From: an uncultured Gammaproteobacteria bacterium | GTDB lineage: Bacteria; Pseudomonadota; Gammaproteobacteria; Nitrosococcales; Methylophagaceae | DNA length: 64,000 nucleotides | NCBI GenBank assembly: GCA_913042265.1 | Contig: CAJWKF010000001.1 | Location: 1,432-65,431, forward strand | Direction of reading: 5' to 3' | Shown: positions 22,955 to 33,409 of the stretch, piece after piece | Layout: each line of letters starts with the position of its first letter | How positions within the stretch are numbered: position 1 is the first letter of the stretch | The notes under the pieces: model-generated | Database searches by the model: none | What the model saw: only the letters and a program-made list of their open reading frames with translations | What the model was told of the DNA's origin: nothing | Program-made: the position numbers and the translations under genes

Positions 22955-24652
22955 ATGAGTGAACAGGCGATTAGCACTCGAAAAAAAGGTAAAAACTTAA
23001 AATTGCCTAGAGCCGTTGGTAAAGGCCGACAAGTTGATCCTAAAGCGTTGTCAGAAGTACAAGCTTTGTTGGGTGATGAGTCTAGGCAGGAAGATCTGTT
23101 GATCGAACACCTACACAAGATACAAGATAAGTATCACTATATTTCTGCTGCACATCTTGTTGCTTTAGCTCGTGAAATGAAGCTGTCTAAAGCTGAAGTC
23201 TATGAGGTGGCAACTTTTTATCATCATTTCGATGTGATCAAAGAAGAGGATACCCCACCACCTGATTTAACGGTGCGTGTTTGTGAATCGTTAACTTGTG
23301 AGATGAAAGGAGCACATAGCCTAATTAAGTCACTTGAAAGCGCCTTGGCTGATGAAGCTCGTGTTCAGAAAGTGCCTTGCATTGGCCGTTGTAATTCAGC
23401 CCCCGTTGCAGTTGTAGGTATGAACCCGATTGAAGGTGCGACTGCTGATAAGGTTATCAAAGCTGTCACACAACAAGAAATTCGTCCGGAAGCCACTAAC
23501 CCGATAGAATTTGATGCTTACAAGGCATCGGAGGGCTACAAGACCTATGTAGCATGTGTGAAGGGCCAGCATCCGATAGAAGATGTACTTGAAATGATGG
23601 ATGACTCAGGCTTACGTGGGCTCGGCGGCGCAGGTTTTCCCACGGGACGTAAATGGCGCATCGTAAGAGACCAGCCGTCGCCTAAAGTGATGGCTGTTAA
23701 TATTGATGAAGGCGAGCCCGGTACATTCAAAGACAAATACTACTTAGATCGTGATCCGCATCGTTTTCTTGAAGGTATGCTAATTGCCGCTTGGGCAACA
23801 GATATTCATGATATCTATGTTTATTTGCGTGATGAATATGCGGCAATTAGAGAATCTCTTGAGAGAGAAATTGCTAAGCTAGAGGCTAATCCACCAGTAA
23901 AAAACATGCCTGTTATTCATATGCGGCGTGGCGCTGGTGCATACATCTGTGGTGAAGAGTCAGCAATGATTGAGTCGATAGAAGGCAAGCGTGGCATGCC
24001 TCGTTTGCGGCCACCCTATGTGGCGCAAGTTGGAGCATTTGGTCGTCCAACCCTTGAACATAATATGGAATCTGTTTATTGGGTTAGAGATATTTTTGAA
24101 AAAGGGCCAAGTTTTTTTACTGACCATGGTCGAAATGGTCGCGTTGGTCTACGCTCTTTTTCTGTTAGTGGAAGAGTCAATAAGCCAGGTGTCCACTTTG
24201 CACCAGCCGGTATTTCTGTGCGTGAATTAATCGAAGAATATTGTGATGGTATGGAAGATAATCATACTTTTTACGGTTATTTCCCTGGCGGCGCATCCGG
24301 TGGTATTTTGCCTGCGTCATTAGGTGATGTGGCTCTGGATTTCGACACATTGCAAGAGTATGGATGCTTTATTGGTTCTGCAGCAATTGTAGTTTTTTCT
24401 GATCAAGATCGGGCGCGTGACTTGGCTGTTAATGCAATGAAGTTCTTTGAAGATGAGTCATGTGGGCAATGTACACCGTGTCGTGTTGGCACAGCTAAAG
24501 CAGTTGTATTAATGGAAAAGACGGAGTGGGACGAAAACTTATTAGAAGAATTATCTGAAGTAATGGTCGATGCATCTATCTGTGGTTTAGGCCAAGCAGC
24601 ACCCAACCCAATGCGCAGTGTGATGAAATACTTCCCTGAGGAGTTGAAATAA
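22955..24652 (+). CDS. fdsB: NAD-dependent formate dehydrogenase diaphorase subunit, NuoE-like (FdsG) N-terminus fused to a NuoF-like (FdsB) body
   Basis: NuoE-type 2Fe-2S cysteines (VCESLTC...CIGRC), an NADH/FMN site (GEPGTFKD) and a 4Fe-4S motif (CGQCTPCR). TAATG coupling to the alpha subunit. Confidence 0.85.
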   Translation: MSEQAISTRKKGKNLKLPRAVGKGRQVDPKALSEVQALLGDESRQEDLLIEHLHKIQDKYHYISAAHLVALAREMKLSKAEVYEVATFYHHFDVIKEEDTPPPDLTVRVCESLTCEMKGAHSLIKSLESALADEARVQKVPCIGRCNSAPVAVVGMNPIEGATADKVIKAVTQQEIRPEATNPIEFDAYKASEGYKTYVACVKGQHPIEDVLEMMDDSGLRGLGGAGFPTGRKWRIVRDQPSPKVMAVNIDEGEPGTFKDKYYLDRDPHRFLEGMLIAAWATDIHDIYVYLRDEYAAIRESLEREIAKLEANPPVKNMPVIHMRRGAGAYICGEESAMIESIEGKRGMPRLRPPYVAQVGAFGRPTLEHNMESVYWVRDIFEKGPSFFTDHGRNGRVGLRSFSVSGRVNKPGVHFAPAGISVRELIEEYCDGMEDNHTFYGYFPGGASGGILPASLGDVALDFDTLQEYGCFIGSAAIVVFSDQDRARDLAVNAMKFFEDESCGQCTPCRVGTAKAVVLMEKTEWDENLLEELSEVMVDASICGLGQAAPNPMRSVMKYFPEELK

Positions 24653-27450
24653 TGGCTGCTAATCCAGAAGAATTATCTAAGACTTTGAGCTTCACCTTGA
24701 ACGGTCAAGCAATTTCTGCTGCTGAAAACGAAACCATTCTTGATGTTGCAAAGCGTGAGGGTATTGACATACCTCATTTATGTTATTCCGAGCGTCAAGG
24801 TGAAGCCGGGAACTGTCGGGCTTGTATGGTAGAGATCGACGGTGAACGAGTATTAGCAGCATCATGCTGTCGTAGCCCTACTGAAAATATGGTCGTTAAA
24901 ACACATAGTGAGCGTGCAGTTAGATCACAGAAAATGATTCTAGAGTTGCTCAAGGCTGATGTGTCTGAGCAACCACATACATTGAATTCAGAATTAGACC
25001 ATTGGGCTGGAAAATTAGAGGTTGGTTTACCACGTTTTATTGCAAGAACTCAGCCCAAACGTGATATTTCACATCCAGGCATTGCGGTCAATATGGATGC
25101 TTGTATTCAATGCACGCGATGTGTGCGAGCCTGTCGTGATGAACAGAATAATGATGTCATTGGTTTAGCGATGCGTGGCAGTCATGCTCAGATTGTTTTT
25201 GATTTGGATGATCCAATGGGTGAAAGTACTTGTGTTGCTTGCGGTGAGTGTGTCGAAGCTTGCCCTACAGGTGCGTTAATGCCAGCTAATGATGTTGGTA
25301 TGGCTGAACCAGATCGTAAAGTTGATTCGGTATGCCCATATTGTGGGGTTGGTTGTCAGCTGACTTATAATATTAAAGATGACAAAATTTTGTACGTGGA
25401 GGGTCGAGATGGGCCTGCTAACCATGGTCGATTATGTGTGAAAGGTCGCTATGGCTTTGACTATATACATCATCCACATCGGTTAACAAAACCATTGATT
25501 CGTCGCGAGGGTGTCCCCAAGTCTGCAGATTTTTCGATGGATCCAAATGATGTTGATAAGGTCTTCCGCGAAGCGTCGTGGGAAGAAGCTTTAGCTCTAG
25601 CATCGGGCGGCTTTAATAAAATACGTGACAATATTGGCCCTAATGCTTTGGCCGGTTTTGGAAGTGCCAAAGGCAGTAACGAAGAAGCCTATTTGTTTCA
25701 AAAATTAGTAAGAACAGGCTTCAAAACCAATAATGTAGATCATTGCACACGACTATGTCACGCGTCTTCTGTAGTTGCGTTATTGGAATGTCTTGGCTCT
25801 GGAGCAGTATCAAATCCGGTATCGGATGTTGATAAAGCTGAAGTGATTCTAATCATTGGCGCGAATCCAACAGTAAATCATCCAGTAGGTGCAACATGGA
25901 TGAAAAATGCCATGCGGCGTGGCACTAAACTGATATTGATAGATCCACGGACAACTGAATTATCTCGGCAAGCTACGCATCACGTTGCTTTCAAACCGGG
26001 TAGTGATGTGCCGATGTTGAATGCGATTATGCATACGATTATTGAAGAAGGTTTAACGGATCCTACTTTTATCGCCGACAGAACGGAAGGATTTGAGGCA
26101 ATGAAGGTGCATTTGAAGACTTATACGCCAGAAATGATGTCACCGGTGTGTGGTGTTCCTGCTGAAACACTGAAAGAAGTCGCCCGCTTGTATGCAACTT
26201 CAAAAGGCTCAATGATTTTGTGGGGAATGGGGGTCTCTCAGCATGTCCATGGGACAGATAATGCGCGCTGTTTGATTTCATTGGCATTAATGACAGGTCA
26301 AATCGGTCGCCCTGGTACAGGCTTGCATCCTTTACGTGGTCAAAATAATGTGCAGGGTGCATCGGATATGGGTTTAATCCCAATGGTTTTCCCTGATTAT
26401 CAACCAGTGACTGATGAAAAAGCACATGCTTATTTTGAAGCGCTATGGGATTGTGATTTGGATACTAATCCTGGGTTGACGGTTGTTGAAATAATGCAGG
26501 CAATACATGCTGGTGATTTGAATGGCTTATATGTTATGGGTGAAAACCCTGCGATGTCTGATCCTGATGCTAATCATGCCCGCCAATCAATGGCGGAATT
26601 AGATCATATGGTAGTACAGGATATTTTCTTAACTGAAACCGCTTATCTGGCAGATGTAGTGTTACCAGCATCTGCGTTCTCTGAGAAAACAGGTACATTT
26701 ACGAATACTGATCGATTAGTTCAATTGGGTCGCCAGGCGATCGATCCACCAGGTGAAGCTCGTCAAGATTTATGGATTATCCAAGAAATGGCACGTGGAC
26801 TTGGTTTAAATTGGAATTATGCTGATTCATCCGAAGTTTTTGCTGAGATACGCAAAGCGGTACCTACAATGGCGGGTATGACATGGGATCGTTTAGAGGA
26901 GGAAGGTGCGATTGTCTATCCGTGTTTAAATGAAGGAGATCCAGGTGAAGAAGTAATATTTACTGAAACTTTTGAAAGTGCTAACGGTTTAGGCAAGTTT
27001 GTCCCTGCTGATATTGTGCCGCCTGATGAGCGTCCAAATGACGAATATCCATTTGTGTTGATCACTGGCCGGATGCTTGAGCATTGGCATACGGGCTCTA
27101 TGACGCGGCGTTCCAATGTACTGGATGCTCTTGAACCAGAAGCTGTGGCAACGATTAATCCTATAAGTTTGGACGAAATGGGGGTGATGCCTGGTGAGAT
27201 GATTACCTTGTCAACGCGACGAGGTCAGATTTCAATGATTGCACGATCTGATGAATCAGTGCCAACAGGTGCGGTCTTTATGGCTTTTTGTTATTACGAG
27301 GCAGCGGTGAATAAGTTGTCGAATGCTGCTTTAGATCCTGCGGCTAAAATTCCGGAATTTAAATATTGCGCTGTTAAAGTAACTCCTGGTGGTGAGCCGA
27401 TGTTATTTCACAGTTATGGTGGCGGCCAATCAAAAAATAAGTTGAATTAA
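24652..27450 (+). CDS. fdsA: formate dehydrogenase alpha subunit (molybdopterin, cysteine type, cytoplasmic)
   Basis: N-terminal 2Fe-2S and 4Fe-4S clusters (CIQCTRCVRAC, CVACGECVEACP, CPYCGVGC). Active-site region HCTRLCHASS has Cys, not Sec. No Tat signal. Confidence 0.9.
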   Translation: MAANPEELSKTLSFTLNGQAISAAENETILDVAKREGIDIPHLCYSERQGEAGNCRACMVEIDGERVLAASCCRSPTENMVVKTHSERAVRSQKMILELLKADVSEQPHTLNSELDHWAGKLEVGLPRFIARTQPKRDISHPGIAVNMDACIQCTRCVRACRDEQNNDVIGLAMRGSHAQIVFDLDDPMGESTCVACGECVEACPTGALMPANDVGMAEPDRKVDSVCPYCGVGCQLTYNIKDDKILYVEGRDGPANHGRLCVKGRYGFDYIHHPHRLTKPLIRREGVPKSADFSMDPNDVDKVFREASWEEALALASGGFNKIRDNIGPNALAGFGSAKGSNEEAYLFQKLVRTGFKTNNVDHCTRLCHASSVVALLECLGSGAVSNPVSDVDKAEVILIIGANPTVNHPVGATWMKNAMRRGTKLILIDPRTTELSRQATHHVAFKPGSDVPMLNAIMHTIIEEGLTDPTFIADRTEGFEAMKVHLKTYTPEMMSPVCGVPAETLKEVARLYATSKGSMILWGMGVSQHVHGTDNARCLISLALMTGQIGRPGTGLHPLRGQNNVQGASDMGLIPMVFPDYQPVTDEKAHAYFEALWDCDLDTNPGLTVVEIMQAIHAGDLNGLYVMGENPAMSDPDANHARQSMAELDHMVVQDIFLTETAYLADVVLPASAFSEKTGTFTNTDRLVQLGRQAIDPPGEARQDLWIIQEMARGLGLNWNYADSSEVFAEIRKAVPTMAGMTWDRLEEEGAIVYPCLNEGDPGEEVIFTETFESANGLGKFVPADIVPPDERPNDEYPFVLITGRMLEHWHTGSMTRRSNVLDALEPEAVATINPISLDEMGVMPGEMITLSTRRGQISMIARSDESVPTGAVFMAFCYYEAAVNKLSNAALDPAAKIPEFKYCAVKVTPGGEPMLFHSYGGGQSKNKLN

Positions 27451-27480
27451 TTTTTAAAGTGAGTTGTAGCAGTAGCAAGA

Positions 27481-27517
27481 AGCCAAGCACTAATATTTTT
27501 AGTGACTTGGCTTTGTC
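27481..27517 (+). terminator. hairpin downstream of the formate dehydrogenase operon (candidate intrinsic terminator)
   Basis: AGCCAAGCACTAA-tattt-TTAGTGACTTGGCT forms a 13-bp stem with one bulge, 30 nt after the fdsA stop. Only a short T tract follows. Confidence 0.5.
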
Positions 27518-27576
27518 GCACTATCGATACAATAATAAGTTATTCTGGAATTTAATTAAGAGTGAATTAGAACGTT

Positions 27577-28329
27577 ATGAAGATCTTGGTGAGTAATGAT
27601 GATGGATATTTAGCAGAGGGCATTCGTGCTTTAGCTTCTGCATTGAAAGATTTGGGTGAGATTACTGTAGTGGCTCCAGATCGGAATCGAAGTGGTGCCA
27701 GTAACTCACTAACGCTAGAAAATCCATTGCGCTTAAATAAAATAAAAGATGGTGTGTATCGAGTAGATGGGACGCCAACGGACTGTGTCCATCTTGCAAT
27801 TACAGGTCTATTAGACGAAGAGCCTGATATGGTGGTTTCCGGTATTAATGCAGGGGCAAATTTAGGTGATGACGTACTGTACTCGGGGACAGTTGCTGCA
27901 GCGATGGAGGGACGTTTTTTAGGACTGCCAGCAATTGCTATTTCTCTAAATGGTCACACAGCAACACATTTTGAGACAGCAGCTTGGGTGGCTAAGAAGT
28001 TAGTAAAGCATTTGCAAACGACTTCTCTTCCAGCTGATACTATTTTGAATGTTAATGTTCCTGACTTACCTATTGAAGAAATTATTGGTTTTGAAGCGAC
28101 TCGTTTAGGACATCGACACAAGGCTGATCCGGTGATTAAGGAGCTCGATCCCAGAGGTCGTGAAATGTATTGGGTTGGGCCAGCTGGTGAAGAGCAAGAT
28201 GCAGGGCCAGGAACTGATTTCGATGCCATTCGACGCGGAGCTGTTTCGGTGACCCCATTACAAATTGATTTAACATCGTACAAATCGATTGATGGTGTGG
28301 CTAGTTGGCTACAAGGGGCCTCTAGTTGA
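27577..28329 (+). CDS. surE: 5'/3'-nucleotidase SurE
   Basis: N-terminal ILVSNDDG motif, 250 aa, followed by pcm. Confidence 0.95.
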   Translation: MKILVSNDDGYLAEGIRALASALKDLGEITVVAPDRNRSGASNSLTLENPLRLNKIKDGVYRVDGTPTDCVHLAITGLLDEEPDMVVSGINAGANLGDDVLYSGTVAAAMEGRFLGLPAIAISLNGHTATHFETAAWVAKKLVKHLQTTSLPADTILNVNVPDLPIEEIIGFEATRLGHRHKADPVIKELDPRGREMYWVGPAGEEQDAGPGTDFDAIRRGAVSVTPLQIDLTSYKSIDGVASWLQGASS

Positions 28330-28352
28330 TTGTTGATCGCCGTGGCATAGGT

Positions 28353-28985
28353 ATGACTTCTCAACGTACGAGAGATCGTATGATTAAGAGGCTAAAAGAA
28401 CAAGGTATAAGTCATGTTGAGCTGTTGAATATTATGCGAGAGCTACCTCGGCATTTGTTTATGGATGAAGCCATGGCCAGTCGAGCTTATGAGGATACGG
28501 CATTACCTATTGGCCATGGGCAAACCATTTCACAGCCTTATATTGTAGCGAGAATGACCGAGATTTTATTAGCAGGTACTCACAAGAAAAAAGTATTAGA
28601 AATTGGCACGGGTTCTGGCTATCAAACAGCTGTATTATCACGTTTGGTTGAACGTGTTTTTAGTGTTGAAAGAATTGAACCGTTGCAAAATAAAGCAAGA
28701 GAGCGCTTTTATCAATTAAAGCTTAATAATATCAGGCTAAAATATAGTGATGGCACTTGGGGCTGGAATGAAAATGGTCTTTATGATGGAATTATAGTTA
28801 CTTGCGCACCTGAAGAAGTACCGGGAGCCTTACTAAAGCAATTGTCACCGGGGGGGCGTTTGGTTATACCTGTTGGAGGTAGTGAAAATCAGTCTCTACG
28901 TGTTATAGAGCGAAATGGAACGACATTTGATGAAACTGTGTTAGATGACGTAAGCTTCGTACCATTACTGTCAGGTGAAGAATAG
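28353..28985 (+). CDS. pcm: protein-L-isoaspartate O-methyltransferase
   Basis: [15 protein letters not shown]-terminus, [12 protein letters not shown] and [16 protein letters not shown] 28353 is preferred to the TTG at 28326. Confidence 0.93.
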   Translation: MTSQRTRDRMIKRLKEQGISHVELLNIMRELPRHLFMDEAMASRAYEDTALPIGHGQTISQPYIVARMTEILLAGTHKKKVLEIGTGSGYQTAVLSRLVERVFSVERIEPLQNKARERFYQLKLNNIRLKYSDGTWGWNENGLYDGIIVTCAPEEVPGALLKQLSPGGRLVIPVGGSENQSLRVIERNGTTFDETVLDDVSFVPLLSGEE

Positions 28986-28996
28986 ATAAGAACTAG

Positions 28997-29575
28997 ATGA
29001 GATTATTTTCAACTATTTATGCCAAGATGATGTATTGGTCTCGCCACCAATATGCGACTTATTGGTTGGCCCTAGTCAGCTTTACAGAGTCATCATTTTT
29101 TATAATTCCACCAGATATAATGTTGGCACCAATGACGCTGGCAAAACCTGACAAGGCATGGTTTTATGCTGCTTTGACAACAGTGTTATCTGTGATGGGT
29201 GGATTGTTAGGTTATGTAATAGGTATTTACGCCTTTGAAGTAATTGAACCATGGTTGTATGAGTTTGGTTATTTTGATTCGTATCAGTTGGCTCAAGCAT
29301 GGTTTGCGAAATGGGGGTTTTGGGCTATTCTCATAGCAGGTTTCACCCCAATTCCTTATAAAGTTTTCACTATTGCTGCTGGCGCTGGAGCTATGGCTTT
29401 AATACCTTTTATCATAGGCTCTCTAGTAGGGCGTGGTTTACGGTTTTTCCTAGTGTCAGGTTTGATGCGTTGGGGTGGAAAAGCCTTGGAAGAAAAGTTA
29501 TCACTTTGGATCGAGAGGTTGGGTTGGACAATAGTATTTTTATTGTTCGGAGTTTACTTTATCTGGGCCTACTGA
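28997..29575 (+). CDS. yqaA: YqaA/DedA-related inner-membrane protein
   Basis: Polytopic hydrophobic protein of 192 aa with a YqaA-like pattern (FTESSFFIIPPD). Confidence 0.75.
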   Translation: MRLFSTIYAKMMYWSRHQYATYWLALVSFTESSFFIIPPDIMLAPMTLAKPDKAWFYAALTTVLSVMGGLLGYVIGIYAFEVIEPWLYEFGYFDSYQLAQAWFAKWGFWAILIAGFTPIPYKVFTIAAGAGAMALIPFIIGSLVGRGLRFFLVSGLMRWGGKALEEKLSLWIERLGWTIVFLLFGVYFIWAY

Positions 29576-29653
29576 GTTATGTTGGAAATAGTTGAAGAAA
29601 GCGCTTGAATTTTATATCGTGGAATTTGGAATCTAACTAGAACAATGCTGTAG

Positions 29654-30361
29654 ATGAGATTTATTCTATTTTTGCTCGTGTCAATGCTTGCGGCCTGTGG
29701 TGGTGGCCAAGCCATCGCCCCTGTGGGTTCATACAAGGCTCAAAACCAACAGACATTATCAAGTGTTTATAAAGTACAAAGTGGTGACACTCTTTATTCT
29801 GTGAGTTGGCGTTTCGGAATGGATTTTAAAGAGGTTGCGAGTATCAACGGTATTAGCTCCCCCTATACCATTTTTGTTGGCCAAAAACTTCGGTTCAAAC
29901 CATACAGTCAAATTGCATCAAAAAGTAAGAAAAAAGCTGTAAAGGAATCAAGCCGTCAAACTACCTCATTAAGGGTAGCACCTAACCAACGCTTATCTTG
30001 GCGTTGGCCTATGCAGGGTAAGGTAATATCAACTTATTCTAAGAGTGCTACTGGTAGAAAAGGAATTGATATTGCAGGAAAATCAGGACAAAAAGTGGGG
30101 GCCGCAGCGAATGGTAAAGTTGTTTATAGTGGAAATGGACTACCGCGATATGGAAATTTGATTATTATTAAACACAATGATGCTTATTTAAGTGCTTATG
30201 CGCATAATAAAAATTTGCTTGTTAAAGAAGGACAACATGTCAAAGCAGGGCAAAAAATAGCCTTATTAGGACGAACAGGTACTCAACGTGATCAACTACA
30301 TTTCGAAATACGGCGTAATGGTAAGCCGGTTGATCCTATGCGTTTTTTACCGAAACGCTAG
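29654..30361 (+). CDS. nlpD: murein hydrolase activator lipoprotein NlpD (LysM + M23)
   Basis: Lipobox MLAAC, LysM domain (YKVQSGDTLYSVSWRFG) and degenerate M23 domain (LHFEIRRNGKPVDP). Confidence 0.9.
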   Translation: MRFILFLLVSMLAACGGGQAIAPVGSYKAQNQQTLSSVYKVQSGDTLYSVSWRFGMDFKEVASINGISSPYTIFVGQKLRFKPYSQIASKSKKKAVKESSRQTTSLRVAPNQRLSWRWPMQGKVISTYSKSATGRKGIDIAGKSGQKVGAAANGKVVYSGNGLPRYGNLIIIKHNDAYLSAYAHNKNLLVKEGQHVKAGQKIALLGRTGTQRDQLHFEIRRNGKPVDPMRFLPKR

Positions 30362-30439
30362 GTTGCTTCTAAATGCGATATAATATTTGGCACTTTGGCC
30401 TAGAGCCTTACATAGATTGAATGTTGAAAGGGGCTGGCC

Positions 30440-31535
30440 TTGGAGTTAGGCGCGACAATGCAAAAGATTAAAGAGCTCGGAGGTCGAAGTGACGATCTTA
30501 GGGGGTACCTTTGACTATGAAGGCAAAACAGAACAGCTCATTGAGGTTAATCGGGAATTAGAGTCACCTGAAGTATGGAATGATCAAGAAAGAGCACAGA
30601 AACTGGGACAAGAGCGGTCTAGTTTAGAACGTATTGTTAAGACCCTCTCTTCTCACAGTGAAGCCTTATCTGATGCGAAGGACTTGTTGGTTATGGCTAT
30701 AGATGAACAGGATCAAGAAACTTTTGATGCTGTACAAACTGATTTAGCAGAGTTAGAGAAAGCCTTAGAGAAGCTGGAGTTTCAACGTATGTTTTCCGGT
30801 AAGTTGGATGCTAATAATGCTTATCTTGATATTCAGTCTGGTTCTGGGGGCACAGAGGCGCAAGATTGGGCCGATATGATTTTGCGAATGTATTTACGTT
30901 GGGGTGAATCACATAATTATAAAGTAAATTTAGTTGAAGTTTCAGCTGGCGAAGTGGCAGGAATTAAGAGTGCAACGGTCCACTTTGAAGGTGAGTATGC
31001 CTTTGGGATGTTACGGACAGAAACAGGGGTACACCGCTTAGTTAGAAAATCGCCATTTGACTCAGGTTCACGTCGCCATACATCATTTGCTTCGGTATTT
31101 GTTTACCCTGAAGTTGATGACAATATTGATATTGAAATTAACCCATCAGAGCTACGCGTTGATACTTATCGTGCCAGTGGTGCTGGTGGCCAGCATATAA
31201 ACAAAACAGATTCGGCAGTTAGAATTACCCACTTACCAACCAATACTGTTGTGCAGTGTCAAAACCAACGCTCTCAACATCAAAATCGTGATAATGCGAT
31301 GAATCAGTTACGTGCTAAATTATATGAATTGGAACTAATGAAACAAAATGAAGAAAAAAAAGCAGCGGAAGAGGCAAAGTCCGACATAGGGTGGGGCAGC
31401 CAAATTCGTTCTTATGTATTAGACCAATCACGAATAAAAGATTTACGTACCAATTTAGAAACTGGCAATACCCAGGCTGTATTAGATGGTGATTTAGATC
31501 AATTTATTGAAGCTTCCTTGAAATCAGGGCTGTAA
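30440..31535 (+). CDS. prfB: peptide chain release factor 2, made by a programmed +1 frameshift at 30509-30515
   Basis: Frame 0 reads (TTG 30440 or ATG 30458)...SDDLRGYL and stops at TGA 30512. The +1 frame continues [13 protein letters not shown]... with the SPF (RKSPFDS) and GGQ (SGAGGQH) motifs. Start codon choice is uncertain. Confidence 0.9.
30500..30515 (+). promoter_or_regulatory. RF2 autoregulatory +1 frameshift site
   Basis: Internal SD-like AGGGGG is followed 3 nt later by CTT TGA C, the classical prfB shift site. Confidence 0.9.
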
Positions 31536-31546
31536 ACGAGAACATT

Positions 31547-33040
31547 ATGACCAATGAAATAGAACAAGATGAAAACCGATTGATTGCACAACGCCGTGAA
31601 AAATTAAATGAATTGCGAAAAGAAGGAAATGCTTTTCCAAATGATTTTCGCCGAAATGTACTCAATGCTGAACTTGCTGCCGAGTATGCTGAAAGTGATT
31701 CTGATACATTAAAAGCTGGTACTCGACGAGTTAAAATTGCTGGTCGCTTGATGACAAAACGTGTGATGGGAAAGGCAAGTTTTGCCACGATACGTGATAT
31801 GTCAGGTGATATGCAGCTGTATGTTAAACGCGATGATTTAGCCGAAGGTGTTTACCCAGCATTTAAGCGTTGGGACCTGGGTGATATTATTGCTGCAGAA
31901 GGTACTATGTTTCGTACACAAAAAGGTGAGTTATCTGTTGCTGTTGATGACATTCGATTATTAACTAAATCTTTGCGACCTTTACCTGAGAAATTTCATG
32001 GTCTTTCTGATCAAGAAACCCGTTATCGTCAACGTTATGTTGACTTGATTATGAATGAGGCTAGCCGTGAAACTTTTAAGATCCGTACTAGGGTGATTGA
32101 TGGTATCCGTCGTTTTCTAATGGCGAAAGATTATTTAGAAGTGGAAACACCTATGATGCATGCTATTCCTGGTGGTGCAACAGCAAGACCTTTTAATACT
32201 CATCATAATGCCTTAGATATGGACTTGTACTTACGCATCGCACCTGAACTTTATCTGAAGCGACTTGTGGTAGGTGGTTTTGAACGGGTATTTGAGATTA
32301 ACCGAAACTTCCGAAATGAAGGTCTTTCAACCAGACACAACCCCGAGTTTACAATGGTGGAGTTCTATCAAGCTTATGCTGATTATAAAGAGTTGATGGA
32401 TTTAACTGAGGAAATGCTTAGAACAGTTACTCAAGATGTTTTAGGAACATCTGAAGTACATTATCAAGGTACGGATTTAGACTTTGCAAAACCATTTAAT
32501 CGAATGACAGTTTTCGACTCTATTTTACACTTTAACCCAACACTTACAGTGGAGGAGATAGCAACATTAGATGGAGCTACTATAGTAGCAAAAAATCTAG
32601 GGATTTCGCTGAAAGATAGTTATGGCCTTGGCAAGGTACAAATTGAGATTTTTGAAAAAACGGTTGAACATCGTCTGATGGAACCAACATTTATTACGGC
32701 TTATCCAACAGAAGTATCTCCATTAGCACGACGTAATGATGAGGATCCTTTTGTCACTGACCGTTTTGAGTTCTTTGTTGGGGGTCGGGAAATCGCTAAT
32801 GGCTTTTCAGAGTTAAATGATGCAGAAGATCAAGCTGAGCGCTTTTTAGCTCAAGTGGCTGAGAAAAATGCAGGTGATGATGAAGCAATGCATTTTGATG
32901 CTGACTATATTCGTGCTCTTGAGTATGGTATGCCCCCAACTGCAGGAGAGGGTATTGGGATTGATCGTCTGGTAATGTTATTGACTGATTCACCTACAAT
33001 TCGTGATGTGTTGTTATTCCCACATATGCGTCCTGAGTAG
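31547..33040 (+). CDS. lysS: lysine--tRNA ligase (class II)
   Basis: Full-length LysS-like sequence of 497 aa in the conserved prfB-lysS arrangement. Confidence 0.97.
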   Translation: MTNEIEQDENRLIAQRREKLNELRKEGNAFPNDFRRNVLNAELAAEYAESDSDTLKAGTRRVKIAGRLMTKRVMGKASFATIRDMSGDMQLYVKRDDLAEGVYPAFKRWDLGDIIAAEGTMFRTQKGELSVAVDDIRLLTKSLRPLPEKFHGLSDQETRYRQRYVDLIMNEASRETFKIRTRVIDGIRRFLMAKDYLEVETPMMHAIPGGATARPFNTHHNALDMDLYLRIAPELYLKRLVVGGFERVFEINRNFRNEGLSTRHNPEFTMVEFYQAYADYKELMDLTEEMLRTVTQDVLGTSEVHYQGTDLDFAKPFNRMTVFDSILHFNPTLTVEEIATLDGATIVAKNLGISLKDSYGLGKVQIEIFEKTVEHRLMEPTFITAYPTEVSPLARRNDEDPFVTDRFEFFVGGREIANGFSELNDAEDQAERFLAQVAEKNAGDDEAMHFDADYIRALEYGMPPTAGEGIGIDRLVMLLTDSPTIRDVLLFPHMRPE

Positions 33041-33409
33041 GTAATTCTTATCAAAATATTTGCTAGCTTGGGCTTTCTTCAATTGTTAGCTTATAACCTT
33101 AGTTGAGAATCTCTATTTAGTTATATTTTTCTGAGGCGCTGCAGTTATTAAAATATGTAAAATACGGAGATTACAAGAACACTTGAGATAAGAATGACAC
33201 CATCTTTTTTGAGAACATCGGGGACAGTTAAAGCAACTTCTGGTAAGGTATGCAGTAATATATTGGTATTTTTTAGTTCTTGTTAAATCTTGTAGTAAGA
33301 TGAGTCTTGTTGGCTTATGCGCAGGTCATTATTTTAAGCGTAACTTGAAGTGTGTTTTTCCAGTTACTTTGCTCGGTTTACCAACTGTTTTTTTATAATT
33401 TCAGGTGTA

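Noticed and set aside
25756-25758. Checked whether the formate dehydrogenase alpha subunit uses selenocysteine (in-frame TGA plus SECIS).
   Set aside because: The active-site codon is TGT (Cys, in HCTRLCHASS), and the 932-codon frame has no internal TGA.
30388-30402. TGGCAC, resembling a sigma-54 -24 element, upstream of prfB.
   Set aside because: The position where the -12 TTGC element should sit reads CCTA, and a housekeeping prfB promoter is not expected to be sigma-54 dependent.
33194-33286. 30-codon ORF (MTPSFLRTSGTVKATSGKVCSNILVFFSSC) that could be a threonine-operon leader peptide.
   Set aside because: It has only four scattered Thr codons and no Thr/Ile run, no obvious alternative terminator/antiterminator hairpins follow it, and the RBS is weak.
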